Source: a bacterium
GTDB taxonomy: Bacteria > Patescibacteriota > Minisyncoccia > Phycocordibacterales > CAIZLB01
Assembly: GCA_027490575.1 (NCBI GenBank)
Contig: JAIXXV010000032.1
Location: 13,211 to 77,210 of the forward strand
Reading direction: 5' to 3'
DNA: 64,000 nucleotides
In this document: positions 1 to 9,162 of the stretch, in pieces
Numbering within the stretch: the stretch's first letter is position 1
How the letters are laid out: each line of letters starts with the position of its first letter
The notes under the pieces: generated by a model
The model's input: only the letters and a program-made list of their open reading frames with translations
Told to the model about the DNA's origin: nothing
Databases searched by the model: none
Made by a program: the position numbers and the translations under genes

Positions 1-189
1 TGGCACCTTATCTCCATAAGTGAAATCTTCACCGCCGTTCATATCCGGGTGCTCTAGAGTCTGAAGCACAATATCTGCACCAAACTTATTTATCTTAAAA
101 GGTGAATTTTTAGATGGAGGATTGATAGCTATAGTCAAATCTCCATATTGAATCTTAAAACATTCGTGTCCAAAGTATGTAACAATCAT
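1..189 (-). CDS. MBL-fold (beta-lactamase-like) metal-dependent hydrolase, first 63 codons; gene continues past the window start
   Basis: Own minus-strand translation from ATG at 187-189: MIVTYFGHECFKIQYGDLTIAINPPSKNSPF... This MxxTxxGHxCFxI opening is typical of UPF0173/MBL hydrolases. It is absent from the ORF track because the window edge truncates it. Confidence 0.5.
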   Translation of the reverse strand, partial: MIVTYFGHECFKIQYGDLTIAINPPSKNSPFKINKFGADIVLQTLEHPDMNGGEDFTYGDKVP

Positions 190-273
190 ATGCCGACTAT
201 TTTACATTAGTTTTGAAAATGGTGCTAGTTGATGCGTATTTACGCATTCTAGATAAACATACTCAAACTGTAA

Positions 274-295
274 ATCAACTGTACATCAACTGTAC
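274..295 (+). repeat. 11-bp tandem direct repeat ATCAACTGTAC x2 upstream of the S1 gene
   Basis: Read directly: atcaactgtac atcaactgtac atc. An extended -10-like TGTATAAT follows at 311-318. Confidence 0.7.
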
Positions 296-413
296 ATCCC
301 GCCATTTTTATGTATAATACTGGGACAATCTTTTATTAACCGAAAGTACGTGTAATCCCTGCTGTGCCATTCAGTCAATCCATGCAGAAGCTCGTATTTT
401 CAAAAACTAACAA

Positions 414-1541
414 ATGACAAATACAAAAGATTTGGAAAATGTGTCAGTTTCTAAAGAAGAAATGGCTCAGGCTCCCGTAAACCCAACGTACATGGGTAAA
501 CTATTAGCAGATACAGCCAATCCACCTAGTGTTGGAGACCTTGTAGAGGGTCCGGTTATCGCCATCGACAAAAAAGGTGTATTCATAGACCTGAAGCCGT
601 ATGGTACTGGTATTATCTTCGGAAGAGAGTACATCAACGCCAGAGATATCATCAGAAAGGTAAATGTTGGTGACAATATTGCCGCTAAGGTTGTAGAAAT
701 CAGTAATACTGATGGATACGTAGAACTTTCACTTAAAGAAGCTAAACAAGCCCTTATTTGGAATGAGGCTGAAGACGCTATCAAGTCAAAAGTCACATTT
801 GATATACCTGTACTTGAAGCAAACAAAGGAGGTCTACTACTATCATGGCAAGGTATTCACGGATTCCTTCCAGCATCTCAACTTAAAGCTGATCACTACC
901 CACGTGTAGAAGATGGTGATAAAGACAGAATCCTAGAAGAACTAAAAAAGCTTGTAGGCCAAAAGCTTTCAGTTACTATCATTGGTGCATCTCCAAAAGA
1001 AGGTAAACTTATCTTCTCTGAGAAAAACCCTGAGACTAAGGAGAAAGAACAAGCAGCTGGTAAGTACTCTGTAGGTGATGAAGTTGAAGGTACTGTTACA
1101 GGTGCAGTTGATTTCGGAGTCTTTATCAAGATAGAAGAAGGTCTAGAAGGACTTGTTCACATATCTGAGATAGACTGGGCACTTGTTGAGGACCCTAGAC
1201 TTCTATACAAAGTCGGAGACAAAGTTAAAGTTAAGGTTATAGAAATCAAAGACGGCAAGATATCTCTATCTATCAAGGCTCTAAAGGAAAATCCTTGGAA
1301 AGAAGCTGAGAAGAAATACAAGAAAGACGATATCGTTAAAGGTGTTGTTATCAAATTCAACAAGCACGGTGCACTTGCTAGTATCGAAGAAGGTGTTGCA
1401 GGACTTGTACACGTTTCAGAATTCGGTAGTGATATCAAACTTAGAGAAAAACTAGAGCTAGGAAAGATTTACACATTCAAGATCAATCTATTTGATGCAA
1501 AAGATCAAAAGATGGCGCTTGGGTTTGTCGACAAAAAATAA
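414..1541 (+). CDS. rpsA: S1 RNA-binding domain protein (ribosomal protein S1-like, four S1 repeats)
   Basis: 375-aa ORF with repeated GxxVxGxVxxIxxxGxFVxL-type S1 motifs (GDLVEGPVIAIDKKGVFIDL, GDEVEGTVTGAVDFGVFIKI, DDIVKGVVIKFNKHGALASI). TAA stop. Confidence 0.8.
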   Translation: MTNTKDLENVSVSKEEMAQAPVNPTYMGKLLADTANPPSVGDLVEGPVIAIDKKGVFIDLKPYGTGIIFGREYINARDIIRKVNVGDNIAAKVVEISNTDGYVELSLKEAKQALIWNEAEDAIKSKVTFDIPVLEANKGGLLLSWQGIHGFLPASQLKADHYPRVEDGDKDRILEELKKLVGQKLSVTIIGASPKEGKLIFSEKNPETKEKEQAAGKYSVGDEVEGTVTGAVDFGVFIKIEEGLEGLVHISEIDWALVEDPRLLYKVGDKVKVKVIEIKDGKISLSIKALKENPWKEAEKKYKKDDIVKGVVIKFNKHGALASIEEGVAGLVHVSEFGSDIKLREKLELGKIYTFKINLFDAKDQKMALGFVDKK

Positions 1542-1568
1542 AAATCTTCGCAACTATTTTTAGAGAAC

Positions 1569-1600
1569 AAAACCTCGAAACAATCGGGGTTTTTGTTTTT
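1569..1600 (+). terminator. Rho-independent terminator after rpsA
   Basis: Stem aacctcg (1571-1577) / cggggtt (1585-1591) followed by tttttgttttt. Confidence 0.6.
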
Positions 1601-1664
1601 CCTAATACTAGTAAATGCTATTTGATGGCCATATTTAAGCCCTATCTTGAGCCACATTTTGTAT

Positions 1665-1692
1665 TTGACAAGCCATATAGTGCTGGTATAAT
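1665..1692 (+). promoter_or_regulatory. Near-consensus sigma70-type promoter (TTGACA, 16-nt spacer, TGgTATAAT)
   Basis: TTGACA at 1665-1670. TATAAT at 1687-1692 with TG at 1684-1685 (extended -10). Confidence 0.6.
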
Positions 1693-1793
1693 ACTATTCC
1701 AGTACAAGGCGCAAGTTTTGTACAACCTCAACAATTTAGAAGGTGTTCATGTGATCACCTTAGCACCCGAATTGAAAGGCGGGTTTGAACATT

Positions 1794-1991
1794 ATGGCAG
1801 CCATGTTTAACGACGGAAGACCTATTCAAAACGTCTTCCAAGTAAGTCAGAGAGCATTGCTTTCGGAGGAAAGCCTACTTCTTGAAGAAATGAGAGAAGC
1901 ATCACTTGCTGATTTCCATCCAGTTCACGCTGGATTCGCTGGTGCCCTCGCACTAATTCTGGAGGTAGGTGCCGACGACAACGAACTCTGA
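1794..1991 (+). CDS. Small orphan protein (65 aa), islet A
   Basis: ATG at 1794 preceded by GAAAGGCGGG. The ORF lies between the consensus promoter at 1665 and the hairpin terminator at 2011. TGA stop. No recognisable motif. Confidence 0.4.
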   Translation: MAAMFNDGRPIQNVFQVSQRALLSEESLLLEEMREASLADFHPVHAGFAGALALILEVGADDNEL

Positions 1992-2010
1992 GCCTCAAAA
2001 GCTCCCAATA

Positions 2011-2049
2011 GCCGACTCTCACCCTCGTGGTGGCAGTCGGCTTTTTTTA
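2011..2049. terminator. Hairpin terminator between islet A and the convergent pth
   Basis: gccgact (2011-2017) / agtcggc (2035-2041) followed by tttttttt. Confidence 0.7.
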
Positions 2050-2087
2050 TTTCCCAAAGATTGCTACTGGTCAGACTCACACTTAAA

Positions 2088-2699
2088 CTAACCCTGATTA
2101 AACTCACCCATTGCCTTTTCCCTACCTTCACTTATACACATGTAAATTGCTTCTGCGACTTTTTTTGATATTTTCTTTATCTCATCAAACTCAGCTGGCT
2201 TGAACTCACCTACTATAAAATCCATGATTTTATCTGAACCTGGCTTTTTGGGTTTACCAGAAGGAGTTGTTGGACATATGCCGACTTTTATTCTGGCAAA
2301 TGCTTCTGTCTTTATAGCTTTTTTTATTGACTCTATACCCCTGTGCCCACCTGATCCTCGATTGAAAAGTATTTTTATCTTTCCAATGGGCATATCTAGG
2401 TCGTCTTGCACGACTATCAGCTTTTCAGCTTTTTTTGCACTTGTCACCAAGGGTGCGACACTGGCACCAGACTTGTTCATATAGGTCTCAGGTAAAACGA
2501 GAGTGACTTTTTCTACACCTGTTTTTGCGTTTTCTGAATCAATCTCATCTTGAGAAATCATTGCCGAATACTTAGAACTTTTTACAAACTCAGGAAACTT
2601 ATACTTTTTTGCAAATTGTTCAACTCCAATACGACCAGCATTATGTCTGGTATTTTTGTACTCTTCACCTGGGTTTCCTAGTCCAACGACAATATACAT
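2088..2699 (-). CDS. pth: Peptidyl-tRNA hydrolase
   Basis: N-terminus MYIVVGLGNPGEEYKNTRHNAGR is the canonical Pth signature. 203 aa. Confidence 0.9.
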   Translation of the reverse strand: MYIVVGLGNPGEEYKNTRHNAGRIGVEQFAKKYKFPEFVKSSKYSAMISQDEIDSENAKTGVEKVTLVLPETYMNKSGASVAPLVTSAKKAEKLIVVQDDLDMPIGKIKILFNRGSGGHRGIESIKKAIKTEAFARIKVGICPTTPSGKPKKPGSDKIMDFIVGEFKPAEFDEIKKISKKVAEAIYMCISEGREKAMGEFNQG

Positions 2700-2751
2700 A
2701 TTATTTTATTTATATTTTGATTATAACATAAAAGTGTAGTATCATGCTGAT

Positions 2752-3303
2752 ATGAGTTTTTTATCAAGACAATTTAAAGAGTGGCGTTATACGATTTTGC
2801 TTTTCATTGTATTGATATCTATCCGACTATTTGTTGCAGAGCCATTTCTAGTTTATGGAAGTTCTATGGATCCCACGTTTACATCCGGTGATTATCTGGT
2901 GGTTGATGAGATAAGTTACAAGCTAGAAAATCCAAAGAGAGGTGAAGTCATAGTTTTCATACCACCATATGACAACACCAGACATTTTATAAAAAGGATT
3001 ATAGGGCTTCCAGGTGAGACAGTTATAGTTGATGGTTCAGTTATAAAGATTATAAATGACCAGAATCCAAAAGGATTTATCTTGGATGAGCCATATGTAA
3101 AGTTCCAGAGCAATAGAAAATCCACAGTAAAACTCAGCGAAAATGAGTATTATGTGGCTGGTGACAACAGAAATGTCAGCTACGACTCTAGAAGCTGGGG
3201 TGCCTTGCCATCTGAGAATATTACTGGTAGAGCATTATTGAGATTGTATCCTTTCCAAAGTATAGGTATACTCCCTGGAAATGAGCACATTACGGCTGAA
3301 TAA
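2752..3303 (+). CDS. lepB: Signal peptidase I
   Basis: N-terminal TM segment, catalytic-Ser box GSSMDPTF, KRIIGLPGE box and GDNRNVSYDSRSWG box. Confidence 0.9.
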   Translation: MSFLSRQFKEWRYTILLFIVLISIRLFVAEPFLVYGSSMDPTFTSGDYLVVDEISYKLENPKRGEVIVFIPPYDNTRHFIKRIIGLPGETVIVDGSVIKIINDQNPKGFILDEPYVKFQSNRKSTVKLSENEYYVAGDNRNVSYDSRSWGALPSENITGRALLRLYPFQSIGILPGNEHITAE

Positions 3304-3432
3304 GGGCCAAATCCTGCATAATAGCCTTACATAGGCCGCAGACAGCTCAATGCAGGGCCAAGGGTCCAGATTTAGACGCAATATCGGACACAGCATATAG
3401 CTGGATTTAGCATAAATAAATCAAACAAAAAA

Positions 3433-4713
3433 ATGGCTGAGAAGAAAACAAAAAGCAAAACTGACCAAAAAAACATTTTGACTGATAAAAACCCAATTTT
3501 CAAAGGACATGAACATGCAAGCCACACTGCAAAACACTATGGCTTTCACCCATTTGCAGGACTACAGGTAGAAAAACAAGACCTGGTAAAAGCTAAAAAC
3601 TTCAAAGATAGTAAGAAAACCGCCTTCAACGACAAGGACTCTCTTTTGAGTTTTGATAAGTTACTTGAAGAGAAGATTGCCATCATGAGAATGTATGTCG
3701 AGAAACAAATGGCTGACATTCATCAACCACCGATGATTTCATACAGTGGTCCTCTTACTGGAAACCCTCATGCATCTGATAAAACTAAACTCAAGACATT
3801 TAACCTTGATATAGTTGCCAATCCAAAAAGTATTGCCGATGCACTAGTTATCGAAACAGCTTTTGTTATTTTGAAAGAGCAGATTGATGCTGATTCTGAG
3901 TTAATGATTGAGATAAACTCTATTGGAGATAAAGAATCATTCCAAAAATTCACTAAAGACTTGATAGTATTTTCAAAAAAGAGAGCGCCGGATATGCCGA
4001 CTAGCATCAGGCAAGCATTTAAGAAAGACCCTTTTACTTTGTACTCATGTAAAGACGAAGAGTGTCTAGCTATACAAGAAGAGGCTCCAAAGCCCATGAG
4101 CTACCTTTCAGAAGAAAGTCGTGATCATTTTAGAGAAGTACTTGAGTATATTGAGTCATTGTCTATCCCCTACACCATCAATCATTCACTTATAGGCAGT
4201 AGACACTATTCTTCTGGGACAATATTTCAAATCGTGAAAGTTCCGAAAGCAGGCAAAGGTCCAAAAGATGGCAAGATAAAAAGAGAGGTATTGGCTATTG
4301 GCGAAAGATACAACAATGTATCAAAGAAAGCTTGGAACAAAAAAGAAGTTCCTGCTGTTGGTGTAACAATGCTAATAGATGAAAAAGCTATAAAGAATCT
4401 ACCACCAAAAAAGATTATCATTGAAGAGGCAAAGTTTTACTTTATACAGCTTGGTTATGATGCAAAGCTAAAGAGTCTTTCTATTATAGAAATGCTTCGT
4501 GTTGCAAATATCCCTGTTCATCAATCTCTATCTAGAGATAAGATAACGAGCCAGCTTGCTGCCGCGGAGAAACTAAACGTACCGTATATCATCTTGCTTG
4601 GCCAAAAGGAGGCTATAGAAAACAGTGTAACTATTAGACATGTCCAGACTAGAGTACAGGAAACAGTAAAACTCCATGAACTAGTGGATTATATAAAGAA
4701 ATTATTAAAATAA
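3433..4713 (+). CDS. Histidyl-tRNA synthetase-like class II aaRS homologue with degenerate catalytic motifs
   Basis: HisRS-type layout with a C-terminal anticodon-binding domain (VPYIILLGQKEAIENSVTIRH). HisRS boxes are recognisable but altered: GGRYD becomes GERYN, RGLDYY becomes GSRHYS, and the motif-2 arginines are not seen. Confidence 0.6.
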   Translation: MAEKKTKSKTDQKNILTDKNPIFKGHEHASHTAKHYGFHPFAGLQVEKQDLVKAKNFKDSKKTAFNDKDSLLSFDKLLEEKIAIMRMYVEKQMADIHQPPMISYSGPLTGNPHASDKTKLKTFNLDIVANPKSIADALVIETAFVILKEQIDADSELMIEINSIGDKESFQKFTKDLIVFSKKRAPDMPTSIRQAFKKDPFTLYSCKDEECLAIQEEAPKPMSYLSEESRDHFREVLEYIESLSIPYTINHSLIGSRHYSSGTIFQIVKVPKAGKGPKDGKIKREVLAIGERYNNVSKKAWNKKEVPAVGVTMLIDEKAIKNLPPKKIIIEEAKFYFIQLGYDAKLKSLSIIEMLRVANIPVHQSLSRDKITSQLAAAEKLNVPYIILLGQKEAIENSVTIRHVQTRVQETVKLHELVDYIKKLLK

Positions 4714-4833
4714 TATTAAGAAAGGCTCAAATATACCTAAATATATCTTTACGGCGCATTAGGATTGCTAGAATTGGTAATAATTCTATATGATTTGCAA
4801 GAATTAGCCATTCATGATATATTTTGAAACCAT

Positions 4834-5076
4834 ATGATAAACGTTAATATCCAGAAGAACCCAACAGAAAGTGCTGCTTCTATTTTGAGAAGATTTACTA
4901 AGAAAGTACAAGAGTCAGGTGTACTTAACAGAGTTAGATCTATCAAATACGCAGAGAGAAACCTTTCATACTACAAAAAGAAAAAAGGTGCTCTTGAAAA
5001 GCTTAAAAGACAACTTGAAAGAGAGAACTTGATCAAGCTTGGAAAACTCACAGTTGTTACAAGAAAAGGTAGATAG
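4834..5076 (+). CDS. rpsU: Ribosomal protein S21
   Basis: 80 aa, basic, S21-like ILRRFTKKVQESGVL..YYKKKKG pattern. Confidence 0.85.
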   Translation: MINVNIQKNPTESAASILRRFTKKVQESGVLNRVRSIKYAERNLSYYKKKKGALEKLKRQLERENLIKLGKLTVVTRKGR

Positions 5077-5164
5077 TTGGTCACTAGATAACTAAGTTCA
5101 CTTATCTAGTATAAGTGTCTTCAAGCCTTAGTGCTGTCTAAAAGTCATAGTCAAAGTTACAATT

Positions 5165-5569
5165 ATGAATACTTTATACACACAAGACACATTCGAAATA
5201 TCTACAACCGTAAAAAAGGCGCCTAAGATTGATGGCGCTCTTTTTTATAAGTTAAAAAACCATGTTTTAGGTAAGAACTATGACCTGAGTTTTGTTTTTA
5301 TCGGACAAAAGCGTATGAGACACCTGAATAACACTCATAGACGAAAAGATTATGCGACTGATATTTTGAGTTTTACTATTGATAATGAGAACGGAGAAAT
5401 ATTTATTTATCCAAAAAAAGCAGAACAAAAATCAAAAGATTTTGATAAAACTTTTAAAGAATATTTACCTTTTTTATTTATCCACGGGTTAATGCATTTG
5501 AAAGGATTCGAACATGGTAGTATTATGGATAGTGAAGAAGCTCGAGTTAGAAGCTTGTTCAAAGTTTAA
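5165..5569 (+). CDS. ybeY: rRNA maturation endoribonuclease YbeY
   Basis: Zinc-binding motif HGLMHLKGFEH (HGxLHLxGxxH). Confidence 0.85.
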   Translation: MNTLYTQDTFEISTTVKKAPKIDGALFYKLKNHVLGKNYDLSFVFIGQKRMRHLNNTHRRKDYATDILSFTIDNENGEIFIYPKKAEQKSKDFDKTFKEYLPFLFIHGLMHLKGFEHGSIMDSEEARVRSLFKV

Positions 5570-5593
5570 ATAATCTTTTCAAGAAATATACAA

Positions 5594-6781
5594 ATGGCAT
5601 TAGGTCGAAATACAGCTGTCGGCATTGACGTAGGAACTCATCAAGTAAAAGTGATCGTCGGTGAATCTGACCCTAAAAATGAAAAATCTATGCCTCGAAT
5701 CATTGGCTCTGGTATCGCAGAATCAAAAGGTATTCGTCATGGATTTGTAACAAACGTTGATGATATTGCAAAGAGTATCAGGACAGCGGTATCTATGGCC
5801 GAGAAATCATGTGGTTCCCCTATCAAAAAAGCCTATATATCAGTAGGTGGTGTAGGACTAGGTGCCATCATATCTTTTGGAAGTGTAGCAACCACCAAAG
5901 CAGACTCAGAGATCACAGAGCTAGATATCAAACGTGCCATAGAGGAGAGCGAAAAGGAGCTACCAAACACATACATACAAAACAGAAAGATTATACATAC
6001 AGTACCGCTCGAGTTTAGAGTAGACGGAAAAAGGATACTGGGCAGACCTGTTGGCCTAAAGGGCGTCAAACTAGAAGTGAAAGTTTTATATATCACATGT
6101 CTATCGCACCACCTCAACGACTTACTATCTGCATTTGACGAAGCAGACATAGAAGTTCTAGACGTCACAGCTTCACCTATAGCAGCAAGTCTTGTCACCC
6201 TAAGTAAAACTCAAAAGATTGCAGGTTGTATACTAGCTAACATTGGCGCTGAGACTACATCTATCATAGTATTTGAAAACAACACACCAGTTTCTATGGA
6301 GGTATTTCAGATAGGTTCAAATGATATAACCAACGACTTGGCATTAGGTCTCAAGATATCAATAGAAGAAGCCGAGGATATAAAGCGAGGTACAGGACGC
6401 ATTGGAGAATTTTCAAAAAGAAAGATTGAGGAAATCATCGTCGCTCGTCTATCAGACATATTTGACCTAATAGAAGATCACCTAAAACGTATAGATAGAA
6501 ACGGCCTACTTCCAGCAGGTATCATCATGACAGGTGGAGGATCAAATATCCACAGTATCGAAGAGTTAGCAAAAGTAACACTTAGACTACCTTCAAAACA
6601 ATCAAGGCTGCGCTTCGAAGGAAACATAAAAAACATGCAAAATGACACTGAATGGGCGGTTTGCTATGGTTTAGCCCTTTTGAACCTTACAGACACTCCA
6701 GGAGACGATTTTAAGCCTTTAAACGAGTTTAAAAAGGTCAGTAGATTCATGATTAGATTCTTTAAGAAGTTTCTACCTTAG
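5594..6781 (+). CDS. ftsA: Cell division protein FtsA (actin-like ATPase)
   Basis: 395 aa. Starts AVGIDVGTHQVKVIV, has the later GGGS phosphate loop (IIMTGGGSNI), and lies immediately upstream of ftsZ. Confidence 0.85.
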   Translation: MALGRNTAVGIDVGTHQVKVIVGESDPKNEKSMPRIIGSGIAESKGIRHGFVTNVDDIAKSIRTAVSMAEKSCGSPIKKAYISVGGVGLGAIISFGSVATTKADSEITELDIKRAIEESEKELPNTYIQNRKIIHTVPLEFRVDGKRILGRPVGLKGVKLEVKVLYITCLSHHLNDLLSAFDEADIEVLDVTASPIAASLVTLSKTQKIAGCILANIGAETTSIIVFENNTPVSMEVFQIGSNDITNDLALGLKISIEEAEDIKRGTGRIGEFSKRKIEEIIVARLSDIFDLIEDHLKRIDRNGLLPAGIIMTGGGSNIHSIEELAKVTLRLPSKQSRLRFEGNIKNMQNDTEWAVCYGLALLNLTDTPGDDFKPLNEFKKVSRFMIRFFKKFLP

Positions 6782-6824
6782 TTACATAGGGCTACTTGTT
6801 GCACCTTGGCATATTTAGACGTCC

Positions 6825-6980
6825 TTTACATGTCTTTTAAAATACTTATATTTTAGGCAATACTTTGCCATTATTGTCGCCTTTTACATTTAAAATGGTA
6901 GTGGTATTATTGTCTCATATTAACCAGTGCGGTTGATTTGTCTGTTTGACTTTTACATGCTAGAAAAAACTTTATAAATA
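6825..6980 (+). promoter_or_regulatory. Three tandem TTTACA/-10-like promoter candidates in the 278-bp ftsA-ftsZ spacer
   Basis: TTTACA occurs at 6825, 6883 and 6952. The first two are followed 16 nt later by TATATT and TATTAT; the third has a weaker TATAAA/TAAATA 15-17 nt downstream. The CTTTTACAT context is repeated. Confidence 0.4.
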
Positions 6981-7058
6981 ATTCATTATTTATAAGTATC
7001 ATTGTGTATGACAAGTTTAAGACATTGTCCGTAATTATTTCAGAATTTTATAAATACT

Positions 7059-8315
7059 ATGCCTCAAGTAAAACCAGAAATAGAAACATTCGCTAGAATC
7101 AAAGTCATCGGTATCGGTGGCTCAGGAAAAAACGCAACTAATCACATGATTAATGCGAAAGTTAAAAGTGTAGACTTCTTAGCTATCAATACTGATGCTC
7201 AAGATCTACACCACTCACTTGCAAAGAAAAAAATTCACATTGGAAAAAATCTAACACGAGGACTAGGTGCTGGTATGAATCCTGAAGTAGGTAAAAGAGC
7301 TGCTGAAGAAACAAAAGAAGAGATTCAAGAGGCTTTGAAAAACTCTGACATGGTGTTTGTTGCTGGAGGTCTAGGTGGTGGTACTTGTACTGGTGCTTCC
7401 CCTATCGTAGCAAAGATTGCTAGAGAGATGGGTGCTTTGACTATCGGTGTAGTTACAAAACCTTTCATGTTCGAAGGTCAATCTCGTATGAGACTTGCAG
7501 ACCAAGGCCTAGAAGAACTAAGTAAAGCCGTTGACGCTCTAGTAGTTATCCCTAACGACAAGCTTCTAGCCGCAGTTGGCAAAGACACTACTGCAAAGCA
7601 AGCTTTCAGTATGTGCGATGAGGTTCTTAGACAAGCAGTAGAGGGTATTTCAGACCTTATCACTATGCCTGGTACAGTCGGAAACATTGACTTTGCTGAC
7701 ATCAGAGCGGTCCTAGAGGACGCTGGATCAGCACTTATGGGTATTGGTAGTGCTAGTGGTGAAAAGAGAGCTGAGGAGGCCGCTAAAGCCGCTATCAGTT
7801 CCCCACTTATCGATATTTCTATCCATGGTGCCAAAGGAGTACTATTCTCTATCGCATCTGGAGACGACCTCACTATGTGGGAGATCCAGGAAGCTGCCAA
7901 GATCATTACTGACTCAGTTGATCCAAATGCCAAGATTATCTTCGGTACTGTAAAAGACGAAAAGCTCAAGAAAAATGAAATAAAGATCACTGTTATCGCC
8001 GCCAACTTCCCTGATTCATCAGCTTCTAGGAGATCATTTTCTATGAATCCAACTCAAGTAGTAGAGAGAGAAGAGATTGTTGAACCAAAAAGAGGTATAT
8101 TCAACTCATTTGGAGGAGGTTCATCTTCACAACCAGTACAGCAACAACCTCAGCCAGAACAAGCACCTGCTCCAGCTCCAGTGCACACACCTACTCAAGC
8201 AAGCCCTATAGTGGAGACAAAGCGCACTGAGGCTCCTACACCTATACAGACAGTACAAGATGATGACGACGAATGGGGTGCTGTGCCAGCGTTCCTAAGG
8301 AGAAGTAAGAAGTAG
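7059..8315 (+). CDS. ftsZ: Cell division GTPase FtsZ
   Basis: GIGGSGKNA and GGLGGGTCTGASP tubulin signature. P/Q-rich linker and C-terminal peptide DDDEWGAVPAFLRR. Confidence 0.95.
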   Translation: MPQVKPEIETFARIKVIGIGGSGKNATNHMINAKVKSVDFLAINTDAQDLHHSLAKKKIHIGKNLTRGLGAGMNPEVGKRAAEETKEEIQEALKNSDMVFVAGGLGGGTCTGASPIVAKIAREMGALTIGVVTKPFMFEGQSRMRLADQGLEELSKAVDALVVIPNDKLLAAVGKDTTAKQAFSMCDEVLRQAVEGISDLITMPGTVGNIDFADIRAVLEDAGSALMGIGSASGEKRAEEAAKAAISSPLIDISIHGAKGVLFSIASGDDLTMWEIQEAAKIITDSVDPNAKIIFGTVKDEKLKKNEIKITVIAANFPDSSASRRSFSMNPTQVVEREEIVEPKRGIFNSFGGGSSSQPVQQQPQPEQAPAPAPVHTPTQASPIVETKRTEAPTPIQTVQDDDDEWGAVPAFLRRSKK

Positions 8316-8322
8316 TATTAAT

Positions 8323-8408
8323 AATAACCTTTTTCAAGAGAACAGAGATTTTCTGCTGAAAATCTCTTCTGTTCGTTACAACTACCAAGTCTCTTGAAAA
8401 AGGTTATT
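8323..8408. terminator. Nested inverted repeat (19-bp perfect outer arms) downstream of ftsZ
   Basis: aataacctttttcaagaga (8323-8341) pairs with tctcttgaaaaaggttatt (8390-8408). An inner hairpin agagattttc/gaaaatctct is also present. Confidence 0.5.
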
Positions 8409-8573
8409 ATTTTATATACAAAAGGAGACAACCGACACTTGCAACTCGCAAGCCTATCTAAAACACTTGTTTATCATTTAATGACAAGAACATTTGAAAC
8501 AACAATATTTACTGAATAAAAAAGAAGCTGGTGGGTTTGATTACCCTACCAGCTTTTTGATTTTGATTTTTGG

Positions 8574-8954
8574 TCAAGTGAAAGAACTTGCTGAGGAGCG
8601 GGATCTTTTGATAAAAACCAGCCTGCTAACAACTTGACCCAAGTACATAGCAGAAAAGGCCAGCATCATCCCTACAAATGAAGATATTGTTCGACTAAAA
8701 GCTATAACAACATCAGAATACGTGTATCCTAACTTGTGATACAAATCAAAAATACCAAGGTCTTTTGTCACCCTCCCGCCTGTCTCCTGCATTATATACA
8801 TGTAGATATACGGGTATCCGATATAGCTTTGGAAAATCCTGTATCCATTGTACCAAAGGCACAAAAATACAAGACAAATAATCACCTTGGCCAAATTGAT
8901 TGTGGTTGCTGTGACAAGTGGTTTATCCTCCATCAGGAATCGATGCTTGCTCAT
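8574..8954 (-). CDS. Hypothetical multi-pass membrane protein (126 aa)
   Basis: The ORF has 3 hydrophobic segments and a TGA stop. Hairpin agctggt/accagct at about 8527-8557 lies downstream. No family motif recognised. Confidence 0.4.
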   Translation of the reverse strand: MSKHRFLMEDKPLVTATTINLAKVIICLVFLCLWYNGYRIFQSYIGYPYIYMYIMQETGGRVTKDLGIFDLYHKLGYTYSDVVIAFSRTISSFVGMMLAFSAMYLGQVVSRLVFIKRSRSSASSFT

Positions 8955-9162
8955 ATTATATTAATTTTGGTTTTAATTTTGGTTTTTGAATTAGCGTTGT
9001 TTTTTATATTATTGTTTTTATTATTTTACTTGTGCTTGTTTATAGTTGTCTTTGTATGAAAATGTGCATTTAAATATGCATAGGAACAAAGAACAAAACT
9101 GCAATGAGAGTACATCTGTTATGGTACAAAATCAAGTGACGTGGTGACGAAAAAATTATATA

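Noticed and set aside
8961-8984. 12-bp tandem duplication ttaattttggtt x2 upstream of gene 8574-8954.
   Set aside because: It is real but minimal (two copies in an AT-rich spacer), with no further copies seen. It does not support any functional claim.
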